Below are positions 39,235 to 49,274 of a DNA stretch of 64,000 nt, piece after piece (position 1 is the first letter of the stretch; the number at the start of each line of letters is the position of its first letter). The translations under genes were made by a program, and so were the position numbers. The notes under the pieces are model-generated. The model did no database searches. It worked only from the letters and a program-made list of their open reading frames with translations, and was not told where the DNA came from. The DNA lies in the IMG/VR virus record IMGVR_UViG_3300030117_005808, positions 32,001 through 96,000 of that record; one strand, 5' to 3'. Source of the DNA: a virus.

Positions 39235-42200
39235 TTGAAGATAGCACATATCGCGGATACACACATCCGCAACTATAAGTATCATAGAGAGTATCGTGAG
39301 ATATTCGATCTTATCTATGATAGACTGAAAACAGAGAAAGTTGACTACATTGTTCACTGCGGAGATCTCGCACACACAAAGACACAACTTTCTCCTGAAT
39401 ACTTTGACTTGGCGACATCGTTCTTAAAGAACCTTGCCGACATTGCGCCGACCTACATCATTCTTGGCAACCACGACGGTAACCTAAAGAATGAACACAG
39501 GCAAGACGCAATCACGCCAATCGCAAACGCACTCCGACACCCGAATCTCAACCTGTTAAAGAACGCAGGCGAGACGATTGTCGAAGGCAACATAGCGTTT
39601 AACGTTCTTTCCGTCTTTGATGAAGAGAACTGGGTGAAGCCGACAAGCGACAAACGCATTAACATTGCGCTGTATCACGGCTCTGTGTCCGGTGTTACAA
39701 CCGACACAGGCTGGGTAATGACGCACGGCGACCACCCTATCACAGTCTTTGAAGGGCACGACTATGTGTTCCTCGGGGACATCCACAAAACAAACCAAAT
39801 CCTCGATGACGAGGGACGTGTAAGGTATCCGGGCTCCACTGTTCAGCAGAACTTTGGTGAGACGGATGACAAAGGCTTCCTGCTCTGGAACATCCAAAGC
39901 AAAGAAGACTTTACTTGTGAACACGTTGTAATCCCAAACCCCAAGCCTTTTATAACAATAAACCTAACCCCCACTGGGCGTATGCCCAAAGGCTTGACCG
40001 TGAAGAAGGGTGCAAGATTACGACTTGTGTCTAACAATAATCTATCTCTTGAAGCGATGCGAAAGGCAGTTGATGTCGCAAAGCAACGCTTCAAGCCCGA
40101 TACTATTACATTCTTAAACCGCGCAGCAGGGGAGCGTGGTAATGTTGAAGAAATCACGGACAGTATTCAACAAGACGATATGCGTAATCCACAGATCCAA
40201 GAGGAACTTATCCGCGAGTATCTAGTAGATTACCAAGCCAGCGAAGAACTGATGAAAAAGGTTCTGGACCTTAATACTCTCTACATTAAGAAGGCAGAAG
40301 AGTCCGAGGAGATCTCTAGAAACATCAAGTGGCGTATCAACGATCTACAGTGGGATAATCTGTTTAACTACGGTGAAGGCAATAGAATTGATTTTAATAA
40401 ACTAAACGGAACAGTTGGTATCTTCGGTAAGAACTACTCCGGTAAATCCAGTGTGGTGGACAGCTTATTATATACTTTGTACAACACAACGTCTAAGAAT
40501 GAGCGTAAGAATGTCAACATTATTAATCAAAACAAGGACGAAGGCTCTGGCGAGGTTGTAATTACTATTGGCGATGAGCAGTATTACGTCCGTCGCGGCT
40601 CGTCAAAATACACAAAACGACTCAAGGGTGTGGAAACTCTTGAAGCCAAAACTGATCTTGACTTCTTCAAGGTCGGCCCAGACGGAGAAAAGGTAAGTTT
40701 AAATGGCCTCACAAGAAACGACACAGACAAAAACATCAGAAAGGTATTCGGAACTCTTGATGACTTCCTTCTCACTAGTTTGTCTAGCCAGTTGGATAGT
40801 CTTTCCTTTATTAGGGAAGGTAGCACAAAACGGAAGGAAATCTTGGCAAAGTTTCTCGACTTGGAAATCTTCGAGAAAAAGTTCAGACTAGCGAAGGAAG
40901 ATGCATCTGATATGCGAGGTGCTTTGAAGCGCCTTGAAGGACGCGACTATGATACAGAGATCGAAGAAGCAGAACAAGAGCACACTCAATGTGAAGAGGA
41001 GTTGGATGACCAAAAGGTTAAGTGCGCCGACTTAAGGCAAGAAGTTATTGATCTTAGAGACAACATTACAGAGATAGAAGGTAAGATTGCATCTATCCCT
41101 GCTGAGATGATTGATATTGCAAAAGTCAAAATAGATATTAGACAAAGGCGTCTGGACCTCACCTCGGCACAAAAAGATCTTGAACAAGACAAGAAAACAC
41201 TCAAAGATAAAAAGAAACTTACCAAAGATATTGATAAGTTCTTGGCAGGTTATGACGTTACAGATCTTGGCGATAAAGAAAAGAGGTGCGATCAGCTAGG
41301 CTTTGAGATAATGGATTTGGACAGAGAAATGATCCAGATCGTGAAAAAAGCTGCATCTCTCGACGATCCCGGCTTCTTGCGTGGTTGCAAGTGTTTGCAC
41401 GAAGCAGAAGAAGCTTTAGCACAGAAGCCAGACCTTGAACAAAAAATCGAAGAACTTTCTCAGGAACTTGAAGGGCTTGATGTTGAATCTGTCAAGAAAA
41501 GCCTTGAGCAGTATCGTTCGCTAGCAGATAAAAAGAACCAAACGACGAGAGATATCACAACCACAGAACTTGCTATTGCTCGTAACCAGAATACGATCAA
41601 TCGTCTGGCCACAGAGTTGTCTAATCTAAAAGACAAAGAAACATCTTATGAAGACAACCGTGAAGCTATTGAAAACTTGGAAGCACTCCTGACTGAGAAA
41701 GACGGCTTAGACGCAGATATATCTATTAAGGAAGGTAAGCTAGAGGCTTGCAAAGATAAAATTGTTGATTACCACAGAAGAGTTGGCTCGTTAGAGCAAA
41801 AAGTTATCAACATTAAGGATCAGAAGAACGACTATCTTGAGCTACGCGAACAGTTCGCAGCCTACGATCTTTACATGCGTTGTATGCACCCTAACGGTAT
41901 CGCATACGATGTTATCAAGAAGAAGCTTCCAGTTATCAACCAAGAGATAGCAAAGGTTCTTACAAACCTAACAAACTTTGAAGTCCTTTTTGAAGAGGAT
42001 GGAAATAAGCTTGATATCTTTATCAAGCACCCGAAGCATGACCCTCGTCCACTCTCTATGGCTTCGGGAGCAGAGAAGACAATGGCCGCAATGGCTATCC
42101 GTCTTGCTTTCCTTGCAGTGTCAAACCTGCCTACAAGCGACATTATGGTGCTTGATGAACCGGGGACAGCATTGGATGAGGAGCACTTACAAGCATTTAC

Positions 42201-42333
42201 CCAACTTTTGGACATGATTAAGGTGCATTTCAAGACAACACTTTTGATTTCCCATTTGGATTCTTTGAAAGATGTTGTTGATTTAACACTTGACATTTCC
42301 AAAAAAGAAGGTTATGCTTATATAAACCAATAA
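39235..42333 (+). CDS. Fused Mre11/SbcD nuclease - Rad50/SbcC ATPase (gp47-gp46 fusion)
   Basis: Phosphoesterase motifs IADTH, GDL, GNHD, GDIH; Walker A GKNYSGKSS; coiled coil; signature ASGAEK; Walker B VLDEP; H-loop ISH. TTG start. Confidence 0.9.
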   Translation: MKIAHIADTHIRNYKYHREYREIFDLIYDRLKTEKVDYIVHCGDLAHTKTQLSPEYFDLATSFLKNLADIAPTYIILGNHDGNLKNEHRQDAITPIANALRHPNLNLLKNAGETIVEGNIAFNVLSVFDEENWVKPTSDKRINIALYHGSVSGVTTDTGWVMTHGDHPITVFEGHDYVFLGDIHKTNQILDDEGRVRYPGSTVQQNFGETDDKGFLLWNIQSKEDFTCEHVVIPNPKPFITINLTPTGRMPKGLTVKKGARLRLVSNNNLSLEAMRKAVDVAKQRFKPDTITFLNRAAGERGNVEEITDSIQQDDMRNPQIQEELIREYLVDYQASEELMKKVLDLNTLYIKKAEESEEISRNIKWRINDLQWDNLFNYGEGNRIDFNKLNGTVGIFGKNYSGKSSVVDSLLYTLYNTTSKNERKNVNIINQNKDEGSGEVVITIGDEQYYVRRGSSKYTKRLKGVETLEAKTDLDFFKVGPDGEKVSLNGLTRNDTDKNIRKVFGTLDDFLLTSLSSQLDSLSFIREGSTKRKEILAKFLDLEIFEKKFRLAKEDASDMRGALKRLEGRDYDTEIEEAEQEHTQCEEELDDQKVKCADLRQEVIDLRDNITEIEGKIASIPAEMIDIAKVKIDIRQRRLDLTSAQKDLEQDKKTLKDKKKLTKDIDKFLAGYDVTDLGDKEKRCDQLGFEIMDLDREMIQIVKKAASLDDPGFLRGCKCLHEAEEALAQKPDLEQKIEELSQELEGLDVESVKKSLEQYRSLADKKNQTTRDITTTELAIARNQNTINRLATELSNLKDKETSYEDNREAIENLEALLTEKDGLDADISIKEGKLEACKDKIVDYHRRVGSLEQKVINIKDQKNDYLELREQFAAYDLYMRCMHPNGIAYDVIKKKLPVINQEIAKVLTNLTNFEVLFEEDGNKLDIFIKHPKHDPRPLSMASGAEKTMAAMAIRLAFLAVSNLPTSDIMVLDEPGTALDEEHLQAFTQLLDMIKVHFKTTLLISHLDSLKDVVDLTLDISKKEGYAYINQ

Positions 42334-42340
42334 CTATTTA
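42333..42340 (+). promoter_or_regulatory. Putative late promoter ACTATTTA
   Basis: Exact motif followed by SD GGAGG and ATG 42357. Confidence 0.7.
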
Positions 42341-42356
42341 TTACATTGGAGGAAAT

Positions 42357-42548
42357 ATGAATATGATTAAGGGAGCAGTCGATAAGACTTTGGAAAAGGT
42401 TGTATCGCGCAAGCTACTTGTCTGGGCAACTGCAACCGGCCTTGCGGCTGGTGGCTTTTTGACTAGCGGAGACTGGGTTGTCATCTCTTCGTTATACCTC
42501 GGTGGCCAAGCTGTCATCGATGCCGTTGTTAAGCTTAAGAGCGTATAA
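42357..42548 (+). CDS. Putative holin (small two-TM protein)
   Basis: 63 aa; SRKLLVW motif followed by two hydrophobic segments. Confidence 0.55.
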   Translation: MNMIKGAVDKTLEKVVSRKLLVWATATGLAAGGFLTSGDWVVISSLYLGGQAVIDAVVKLKSV

Positions 42549-42925
42549 TGCGAAGCCTTATGAGATTCATAAGCACCTACTGGAAGGAGATCGCTCTGGC
42601 GGGACTGCTATTTGCGGTCTCCTTCTTTTGGTGGCAAGACCACAAGGGTCTTGTTGATGCATACGACGCGTCCGTAGAAAGCTACGAGACAAGACTAAAA
42701 GAACTAAAAAAGAGCCACCAACGCGAGACTGAGCGTAAGGAAAAGGCTCTGGAAGATTACAAAGCAAAGCTGGAGGAACTAGAAATGGAATACACAGAGT
42801 ACCAGCAAGCAGTAGCAGAGGCAAAAGAAGAACGAGTACGAGACTTCGTTACACTACGACAAAGCAATCCAGATCAACTGATCGTGGAGATTGAGGCAAA
42901 GTTTGGTTTTGAACACGTTGATTAA
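42548..42925 (+). CDS. Inner-membrane spanin-like protein (N-terminal TM + coiled coil)
   Basis: IALAGLLFAVSFFWW followed by a long heptad region; follows the holin-like gene. Confidence 0.5.
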   Translation: MRSLMRFISTYWKEIALAGLLFAVSFFWWQDHKGLVDAYDASVESYETRLKELKKSHQRETERKEKALEDYKAKLEELEMEYTEYQQAVAEAKEERVRDFVTLRQSNPDQLIVEIEAKFGFEHVD

Positions 42926-43340
42926 AACATTGTTTTTATTTCTCTTGATGATCCCCGTAGCTTACGGTGGCGATGGTAAGTTTACCCTCGTTCCGCAAGG
43001 CGGGGTTGTCCCATTTGAAGCAACCTGTTTTGACACCGAGGCTACAGCCAAACTATTAACTTGGAAAGAGTTTCTGGCAGAGGAAGCTAAGACTCAATGT
43101 GAGTTTGAGAAGCGAGCCTTAGTGCTAGACTCAGAGTTAGTCATTAAAAATATGCAGATTACACTTGATGAGACACAGGTTCGCTATCAGGTAGAGATTG
43201 ATACGAGGGACGAAGAGATCGAATCCCTTAGAGACATTATCAAGAAAAACAAAAAACTAAATATACCCGTAGTCGTTGCAACCAGCGTGGCCGTTGGTTT
43301 TGGAGTTGGCTTCGGCACTTATCATTTTGCGAGCCGGTAA
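42918..43340 (+). CDS. Secreted coiled-coil protein with C-terminal membrane anchor (spanin partner-like)
   Basis: Probable TTG start at 42918 gives signal peptide (M)IKTLFLFLLMIPVAYG; C-terminal IPVVVATSVAVGFGVGFGTY. Confidence 0.45.
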   Translation: MIKTLFLFLLMIPVAYGGDGKFTLVPQGGVVPFEATCFDTEATAKLLTWKEFLAEEAKTQCEFEKRALVLDSELVIKNMQITLDETQVRYQVEIDTRDEEIESLRDIIKKNKKLNIPVVVATSVAVGFGVGFGTYHFASR

Positions 43341-43738
43341 TGAAAAAAGATTTAGATTTAAATGACATTGCTAAGTTTGAAAAAGCGATCGCAAAGAAAT
43401 ACGGTCCAGAGGCCATAGAGAACCCAAGGAAACATTGGAACGATGAAAAGGAAAAGTCTTATCAAGACCAGATTAAAAAGCTTGCCGAAAAAGAGCTTGC
43501 ATTCGAAGAAAAGGACGATAAAGTAGAACAAGACGGCTTTTTAATCTCTAAAAAACTACTTAATAAAGACGCAACTAGGAGATCTTGTCCAGTTTGTAAA
43601 ACATATTCTTTTAAAATAAAAGATGATGTTTACATGAATAAGTTTGAATGTTGTGAAAAATGTTATGTACAGTGGGTTGAAAACCGAGAGGAACGCTGGT
43701 TGTCAGGCTGGCGTCCCAAAAAGCAGGAGAAAAATTAA
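43340..43738 (+). CDS. Hypothetical Zn-binding protein
   Basis: CPVC...CCEKC motif, 132 aa, translationally coupled. Confidence 0.6.
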   Translation: MKKDLDLNDIAKFEKAIAKKYGPEAIENPRKHWNDEKEKSYQDQIKKLAEKELAFEEKDDKVEQDGFLISKKLLNKDATRRSCPVCKTYSFKIKDDVYMNKFECCEKCYVQWVENREERWLSGWRPKKQEKN

Positions 43739-44352
43739 TGGCTACAACAATGGAAATCGTTCAAGGTATCTCGCAAGTAATGGCAAACAGTTACGATGGA
43801 GCCCTTGACGAAAATGGTGAGCCTATCAAGGTTGGCCTCAAAAGAGAGGAGGGTCACCCAATTTTAGACTCTCGCGTCATGGACGGGTTTAAAATTTCTT
43901 TTCATGGCAACAAACTTTGTATCCACTATCATGCTGAAATTAAACTTAAAGATGTTTATGCGAATGGATTTGAGTCTGACTTGGAGCAAATGATTGAAGA
44001 CATCGCTTCCTTTGTCAAGAAAGAATATAGAAAGGTTACTGGCAGTTCGTTAACTCTGACTAAAGATGGGGAAATGGATGCACTTGTGCAAAACACATCT
44101 AGAGTCCGCACTTTTGTCCAAGCCAAATGTTTCTATATCATTGGCGGATTAGATGATAGTACCGAGGGTATTAGCGATCCATCCGAAGATAAGCTTGAAG
44201 ACAACTTCCGCAAGTTTTTAGAACAGGACGCTGGCGATAAGAAGGCCAAAAATGACAAGCGCAAAGCACCTACCCCCGGCCAGCCCGTTTACGCAGGCAA
44301 GGGCAAAGTCCACGCTAGAAAGGATGTAAATAGCACTTACAAGGCTGAGTAA
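43738..44352 (+). CDS. Hypothetical protein immediately upstream of terminase
   Basis: 204-aa ORF coupled on both sides (TAATG overlaps). Confidence 0.6.
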   Translation: MATTMEIVQGISQVMANSYDGALDENGEPIKVGLKREEGHPILDSRVMDGFKISFHGNKLCIHYHAEIKLKDVYANGFESDLEQMIEDIASFVKKEYRKVTGSSLTLTKDGEMDALVQNTSRVRTFVQAKCFYIIGGLDDSTEGISDPSEDKLEDNFRKFLEQDAGDKKAKNDKRKAPTPGQPVYAGKGKVHARKDVNSTYKAE

Positions 44353-45938
44353 TGCCAGCGGGTCTATCCAAAAAAGAAACTGTCAAAGAGATAGTTAAGT
44401 GCGGTAAAGACCCGTCTTACTTTATCAACAACTATGCTAGAATCTCGCATCCCCTGAAAGGTTTGATACCATTTAAGACGTATCCCTTTCAGGATGAGTT
44501 GCTTGTAGATTTTAACGACTACCGCTTTAATGTTATTCTTAAAGCTAGACAGTTGGGCATCTCAACTATCACAGCCGCATACATTGTGTGGCTTTTGCTA
44601 TTTTATCGAGACAAGAATGTCTTGGTTATTGCAACTAAGTTCCAGACTGCTGCAAACTTGGTCAAGAAAGTCAAAAACATTATGCAGAATGTTCCCCCTT
44701 GGCTACGCATCGCAGACATTAAGATTGATAACCGCACGTCGTTCGTCCTGACTAACGGCTCCGAAGTTAAGGCTGCTTCTACATCTGGTGATGCTGGTCG
44801 TTCGGAAGCTTTGTCCCTTCTCGTTATTGACGAGGCCGCACACGTTGATGGGTTAGAAGAGTTGTGGACCGGCTTGTATCCTACGCTATCTACTGGTGGT
44901 CGCTGCATTGCTCTATCTACACCAAACGGTGTTGGCAACTGGTTCCACAAAACCTATATTGAAGCCGAGCAAAATGTAAACGACTTTCATCCTACCAACT
45001 TACCGTGGAATGTTCACCCTGACCGTGACGATGAGTGGTTTGAAAAAGAGACAAGAAATATGTCTCGTAGACAAATTGCCCAAGAGCTAGAGTGCAACTT
45101 CAACGCTTCGGGCGAAACTGTCATACATCCGGAAGACTTAGAAAGACTAGTATTCGGCGCTACAGAGCCGATGTATAGAACCGGCTTCGATCGTAACTTG
45201 TGGCTTTGGGAGCAATACAACCCAGAGGCCACATACATGATGTCCGCAGACGTTGCCCGTGGAGATGGGGCAGATTTTTCTGTTTTCCACATAGTTAAAT
45301 TAGAAACTATGGAGGTCATAGGTGAATATCGTGGCAAACCAAACCTTGAGGAATTTGCTTCTATTCTTGATTCCACAGGTAGAGAATTTGGCAATTGTCT
45401 GCTGGTGGTTGAGAATAACAGTCTAGGAATATCAATCCTAGAGAAGCTGCAAGACAGAGAATACCCCAATCTTTATCACTCGATAAAGGGTACTCATGAG
45501 TACATTGATCAGTTACGAGCAGAATCAATCAACAATTCAGTTCCCGGTTTTACTACTTCATCCAAGACTCGTCCACTTATCGTGGCGAAAATGGAGGAAT
45601 TCATACGAAATAAACTAATTACAATATATTCTTCACGCATAGTAGACGAGTTTAAGACATTTATATGGAATAACAACAAGGCACAGGCTATGAGAAGTTA
45701 TCACGATGACTTAGTTATGGCATTGGCAATCGCTTGTTGGGTTAGAGACACAGCCTTAGAGGTTAGCAAGAAAGACATAGAGTACAGAAGGGCTATGATG
45801 GATTCAATGAGGCTCAACACAAGACAAATCAAGACTACAATACCGGGAATGGAAGGGCACCAACAAGGCGTGTGGAGCGAAAAGGCTAAGAAAGAAATGC
45901 AACAACACAAAGATTTTATTTGGCTTATTAAGGGATAG
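44352..45938 (+). CDS. terL: Terminase large subunit (gp17-like)
   Basis: Walker A KARQLGIST, Walker B LVIDEAAH, STPNG, nuclease motifs ADVARGDGADFS and HDDLVMA. Confidence 0.95.
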   Translation: MPAGLSKKETVKEIVKCGKDPSYFINNYARISHPLKGLIPFKTYPFQDELLVDFNDYRFNVILKARQLGISTITAAYIVWLLLFYRDKNVLVIATKFQTAANLVKKVKNIMQNVPPWLRIADIKIDNRTSFVLTNGSEVKAASTSGDAGRSEALSLLVIDEAAHVDGLEELWTGLYPTLSTGGRCIALSTPNGVGNWFHKTYIEAEQNVNDFHPTNLPWNVHPDRDDEWFEKETRNMSRRQIAQELECNFNASGETVIHPEDLERLVFGATEPMYRTGFDRNLWLWEQYNPEATYMMSADVARGDGADFSVFHIVKLETMEVIGEYRGKPNLEEFASILDSTGREFGNCLLVVENNSLGISILEKLQDREYPNLYHSIKGTHEYIDQLRAESINNSVPGFTTSSKTRPLIVAKMEEFIRNKLITIYSSRIVDEFKTFIWNNNKAQAMRSYHDDLVMALAIACWVRDTALEVSKKDIEYRRAMMDSMRLNTRQIKTTIPGMEGHQQGVWSEKAKKEMQQHKDFIWLIKG

Positions 45939-45942
45939 ATAA

Positions 45943-47916
45943 ATGGCAGATCAAAATAGAAACCCAAGAAACCCAAGATCAGAATTGTTTAAGGCTCTGA
46001 CTAGAGTTTTCTCTGGTCCACTAACAACTAGAAGAACACAGACCGGCCGTAGACTGAGAAGGTATCAACTGGACAAATTCCAGAGTAGATTTACTTCTGC
46101 TAGTGGTCAGTCTTTTAAAACCGCTCGTTCATATAATGCATACAATATGCAACTGGGGATTATGAACCAACACAACCGCACCGAGAGGTATGTTGATTTT
46201 GACCAGATGGAGTACACTCCAGAGATAGCGTCAGCCCTTGATATTTATGCTGATGAGATGACCACGCATTCCTCGTTACAGCCAATGCTTAATATTAAAT
46301 GTTCGAATGAAGAAATTAAAGCGGTCCTTGATTCCTTGTATCACAATATTTTAAATATCGATCACAATCTTTTCGGCTGGTGTCGCTCTATGTGCAAGTA
46401 TGGGGATTTCTTCCTGTATCTTGACATAGATGAGAAGTTCGGTATTAAGACCGGCATTGGACTGCCTTCTAGGGAGGTGGAGCGCCTCGAAGGTGAGGAC
46501 GAGACAAATCCAAACTATGTCCAGTACCAGTGGAACACAGCGGGTATAACTTTGGAAAATTGGCAAATGGCCCACTTCCGAATCCTTGGGAACGACAAGT
46601 ATGCACCATATGGAACGTCTGTTTTAGAACCTGCCCGTCGCATCTTTCGTCAACTAATTCTTTTGGAAGATGCTATGATGGCATACCGTATTGTTCGCTC
46701 TCCGGAGCGCCGAGTAATAAAAATTGATGTTGGCCAGATCCCTCCTAATGAAGTAGAGCAGTATGTTCAAAAAGTCATCACATCAATGAAACGAAACTCT
46801 GTTGTTGACGAAAACACAGGCCGAGTTGATCTTCGATACAACCCTCTGTCTATTGAGGAAGATTATTACATCCCCGTTCGCGGAGAATCAAAAACAGAAA
46901 TTACATCTTTACCCGGTGGAACATTTACCGGTGACATCGACGACGTTAAATACCTCAGAGACAAACTATTCTCTGCTCTTAAAATTCCTGCTTCCTATCT
47001 AACAAATGCTGAAGGTGCTGAGGAGGATAAAACAACGCTTGCCCAGAAAGATATTCGTTTCGCCAGAACAATTCAGAGACTACAGAGAGTTGTGGTGTCT
47101 GAGCTAGAAAAAATTGGTATTATCCATCTTTACACTTTAGGATTTAGAGACGAAGATTTGTTAAATTTTGAGCTTGCACTTAATAATCCGTCCAAAATCT
47201 CGGAATTACAAGAGCTAGAGCACTGGGATAAAAAGTTTGCAGTCGCGGGCGCAGCCACAGAAGGCTTCTTCTCACGCCGTTGGGTCGCCGAGCATCTATT
47301 CTGTATGTCCCACGAAGAGTTTGAAAGAAACCAAAGAGAAATCTTCTACGATCGTAAGTTTGATGCTTCGCTTGCAGCCGTTGCAGAGGCGATGCAAGAA
47401 GAGGCAGCAGGAGCAGGCCTTGGTGATCTTGGAGGCGATGAAGGCCTTGGAGATCTTGGGGATCTTGGCGATGAGGACCTTGGTGGCGATCTCGAAGATC
47501 TCGGCGGTGATGAGCCCGCAGCAGAGGAGCCAGCAGAACCTGAGATTGGTGATGACCCACTCTTAGCCGCCCCCGGTCGAAGAGAAGATGATGGTTATAC
47601 GACCCCCGGATCCAAAGGTAAGGTTTATTATCCTGTTAAGAAAGGACGCGACAACAGGGCAAAAGGTGCCATGAAGCGTCACCGTTCATCTGTAGCAGGT
47701 ACAAATATGGATCCTCGCAAGACTTTCCCCGGTAAGAGTGGTTATGGAGGCTTAGATTCCTTAGCCAAGGGGATGTTTGAATCGAAAGAAACTAATTATG
47801 ATAATGGTTTTAGAACCGAGGAAGAAAAGATACATAATACTAACTTTGAAGTCAAAAGACTATTGGAAAGTTTAGGTAACTCAACGGAGATTAGCAATGA
47901 AACTAAGGCACAATAA
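45943..47916 (+). CDS. gp20: Portal protein (gp20-like) with acidic low-complexity C-terminal extension
   Basis: EDAMMAYRIVRSPERRVIKIDVG, EEDYYIPVRG, DDVKYLRDKLFSALKIP. Confidence 0.93.
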   Translation: MADQNRNPRNPRSELFKALTRVFSGPLTTRRTQTGRRLRRYQLDKFQSRFTSASGQSFKTARSYNAYNMQLGIMNQHNRTERYVDFDQMEYTPEIASALDIYADEMTTHSSLQPMLNIKCSNEEIKAVLDSLYHNILNIDHNLFGWCRSMCKYGDFFLYLDIDEKFGIKTGIGLPSREVERLEGEDETNPNYVQYQWNTAGITLENWQMAHFRILGNDKYAPYGTSVLEPARRIFRQLILLEDAMMAYRIVRSPERRVIKIDVGQIPPNEVEQYVQKVITSMKRNSVVDENTGRVDLRYNPLSIEEDYYIPVRGESKTEITSLPGGTFTGDIDDVKYLRDKLFSALKIPASYLTNAEGAEEDKTTLAQKDIRFARTIQRLQRVVVSELEKIGIIHLYTLGFRDEDLLNFELALNNPSKISELQELEHWDKKFAVAGAATEGFFSRRWVAEHLFCMSHEEFERNQREIFYDRKFDASLAAVAEAMQEEAAGAGLGDLGGDEGLGDLGDLGDEDLGGDLEDLGGDEPAAEEPAEPEIGDDPLLAAPGRREDDGYTTPGSKGKVYYPVKKGRDNRAKGAMKRHRSSVAGTNMDPRKTFPGKSGYGGLDSLAKGMFESKETNYDNGFRTEEEKIHNTNFEVKRLLESLGNSTEISNETKAQ

Positions 47917-48724
47917 GAAAAGAAATACTGCTTTCTTGTATGAGGCGCTTGTTAAAGAGTTGACGAAGGCCATCGTTAATAAAGATATAAAAAAGAAAAA
48001 CGCTTTAGTTTCCACGCTGAAAGAAAATTTCTCTACTGGGCAAGTTCTTCAAAAAGAGTTGGAACTGATTAGAACTTTGTCCGAGACCAAGAGAGTAGAT
48101 ATGTTCACAGCAGAGCGGTTGTTATCAGAATCGGTTTCTCGTTACTCCAAATTGGACGCAGACAAAATTTTTGAAGCACAGTCTAGACTTATAGAAAATA
48201 TTAATAAAAACTTTGGTAAAGAAGTTTATAGCAATTTTGTACCAAACTACAAGCACCTCGCTACTATCTGGCAATTGTTTACACAAAATACTTCTGTAAA
48301 AGAAAAAGTTCTTTTAGAGAAAGCCTTAGTTTTTTCTATGACTACAAAAGGTAAAGAACCCGTTAAGGCAAAACAAATGCCCCATGTTGACAAGCTAGTG
48401 TTTAAAACTGTTATTGAAAATTTTAACAAGTCTTATGATGGTGAACTTTTAACAGAACAAAAACAATTATTAAATAACTATATTGTCTCGTTCGGCGCAA
48501 ATGAAGTGGAATTCAAAGTATACCTTAATGAAGAGCTTGGAAGGCTAAAAAACGAAATATCTTTACTTAAAGAAAAAGAAATAATGCTTGAAAATAAAGA
48601 CCTTTTTAGCAAGTTAGGAGACGTTAGAGTAACGCTTGATAAATTTCAAACTGAAAAAATTAATCCCACAATGCTAGAAAAAATTATGCAGGTGCAAAAA
48701 CTTGTGAAGGAATGTTCTGAATAA
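47897..48724 (+). CDS. Hypothetical helical protein, possible prohead core component
   Basis: Lies between portal and protease; HNKKRNTAFLYEAL start; multiple L-x-E sites; ACTAATTA motif at 47791. Confidence 0.55.
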   Translation: MKLRHNKKRNTAFLYEALVKELTKAIVNKDIKKKNALVSTLKENFSTGQVLQKELELIRTLSETKRVDMFTAERLLSESVSRYSKLDADKIFEAQSRLIENINKNFGKEVYSNFVPNYKHLATIWQLFTQNTSVKEKVLLEKALVFSMTTKGKEPVKAKQMPHVDKLVFKTVIENFNKSYDGELLTEQKQLLNNYIVSFGANEVEFKVYLNEELGRLKNEISLLKEKEIMLENKDLFSKLGDVRVTLDKFQTEKINPTMLEKIMQVQKLVKECSE

Positions 48725-49266
48725 TGGCTATCAAGATCACCGTTGGCTCCAAGCGACCACCAGAACCTAAAAAGCCGAACCCAATAGCAACGGTTGAACT
48801 TCAAATAAGAAGAACTGCTAATGGTGATTATTATATTTCTGATCATGCTGATATTGACATCATAATAATGGCAAACAAAGTTTTGGCCATTGCAAAAGAT
48901 GTTATGTCAGAAATGGTATACGGTGCCCAAGACAGGCTATTCTCTTTTCTGGTAAAAAAGGGTCTTATCTCGGCCGAATCTATACAGGGTGGTTCCGTAT
49001 ATGGCTCTATGGAAGGTGCTTTACTACCATCTGACGAAATAAACGTCATCAATTTGACCATACTTAATATTTCAAAGTACATAGACGAAGAGCGTCCATA
49101 CTTTGAGTTTGTTGAAAAGTTTGATGAAATGGAAACGGAGTACTTCACAGAGCCTGACGAAGAAGATTCAACTGAGCTTGGAGAAGTCCCACAAGAAGTT
49201 GAAAAGGGTACCTTGCGACCCGGTTACAGCTACGGCCCGTATTGGCAATCTTATACCTATGAGTAG
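48724..49266 (+). CDS. Hypothetical protein, head module
   Basis: 180-aa coupled ORF with acidic C-terminus. Confidence 0.55.
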   Translation: MAIKITVGSKRPPEPKKPNPIATVELQIRRTANGDYYISDHADIDIIIMANKVLAIAKDVMSEMVYGAQDRLFSFLVKKGLISAESIQGGSVYGSMEGALLPSDEINVINLTILNISKYIDEERPYFEFVEKFDEMETEYFTEPDEEDSTELGEVPQEVEKGTLRPGYSYGPYWQSYTYE

Positions 49267-49274
49267 AGGTTAAA

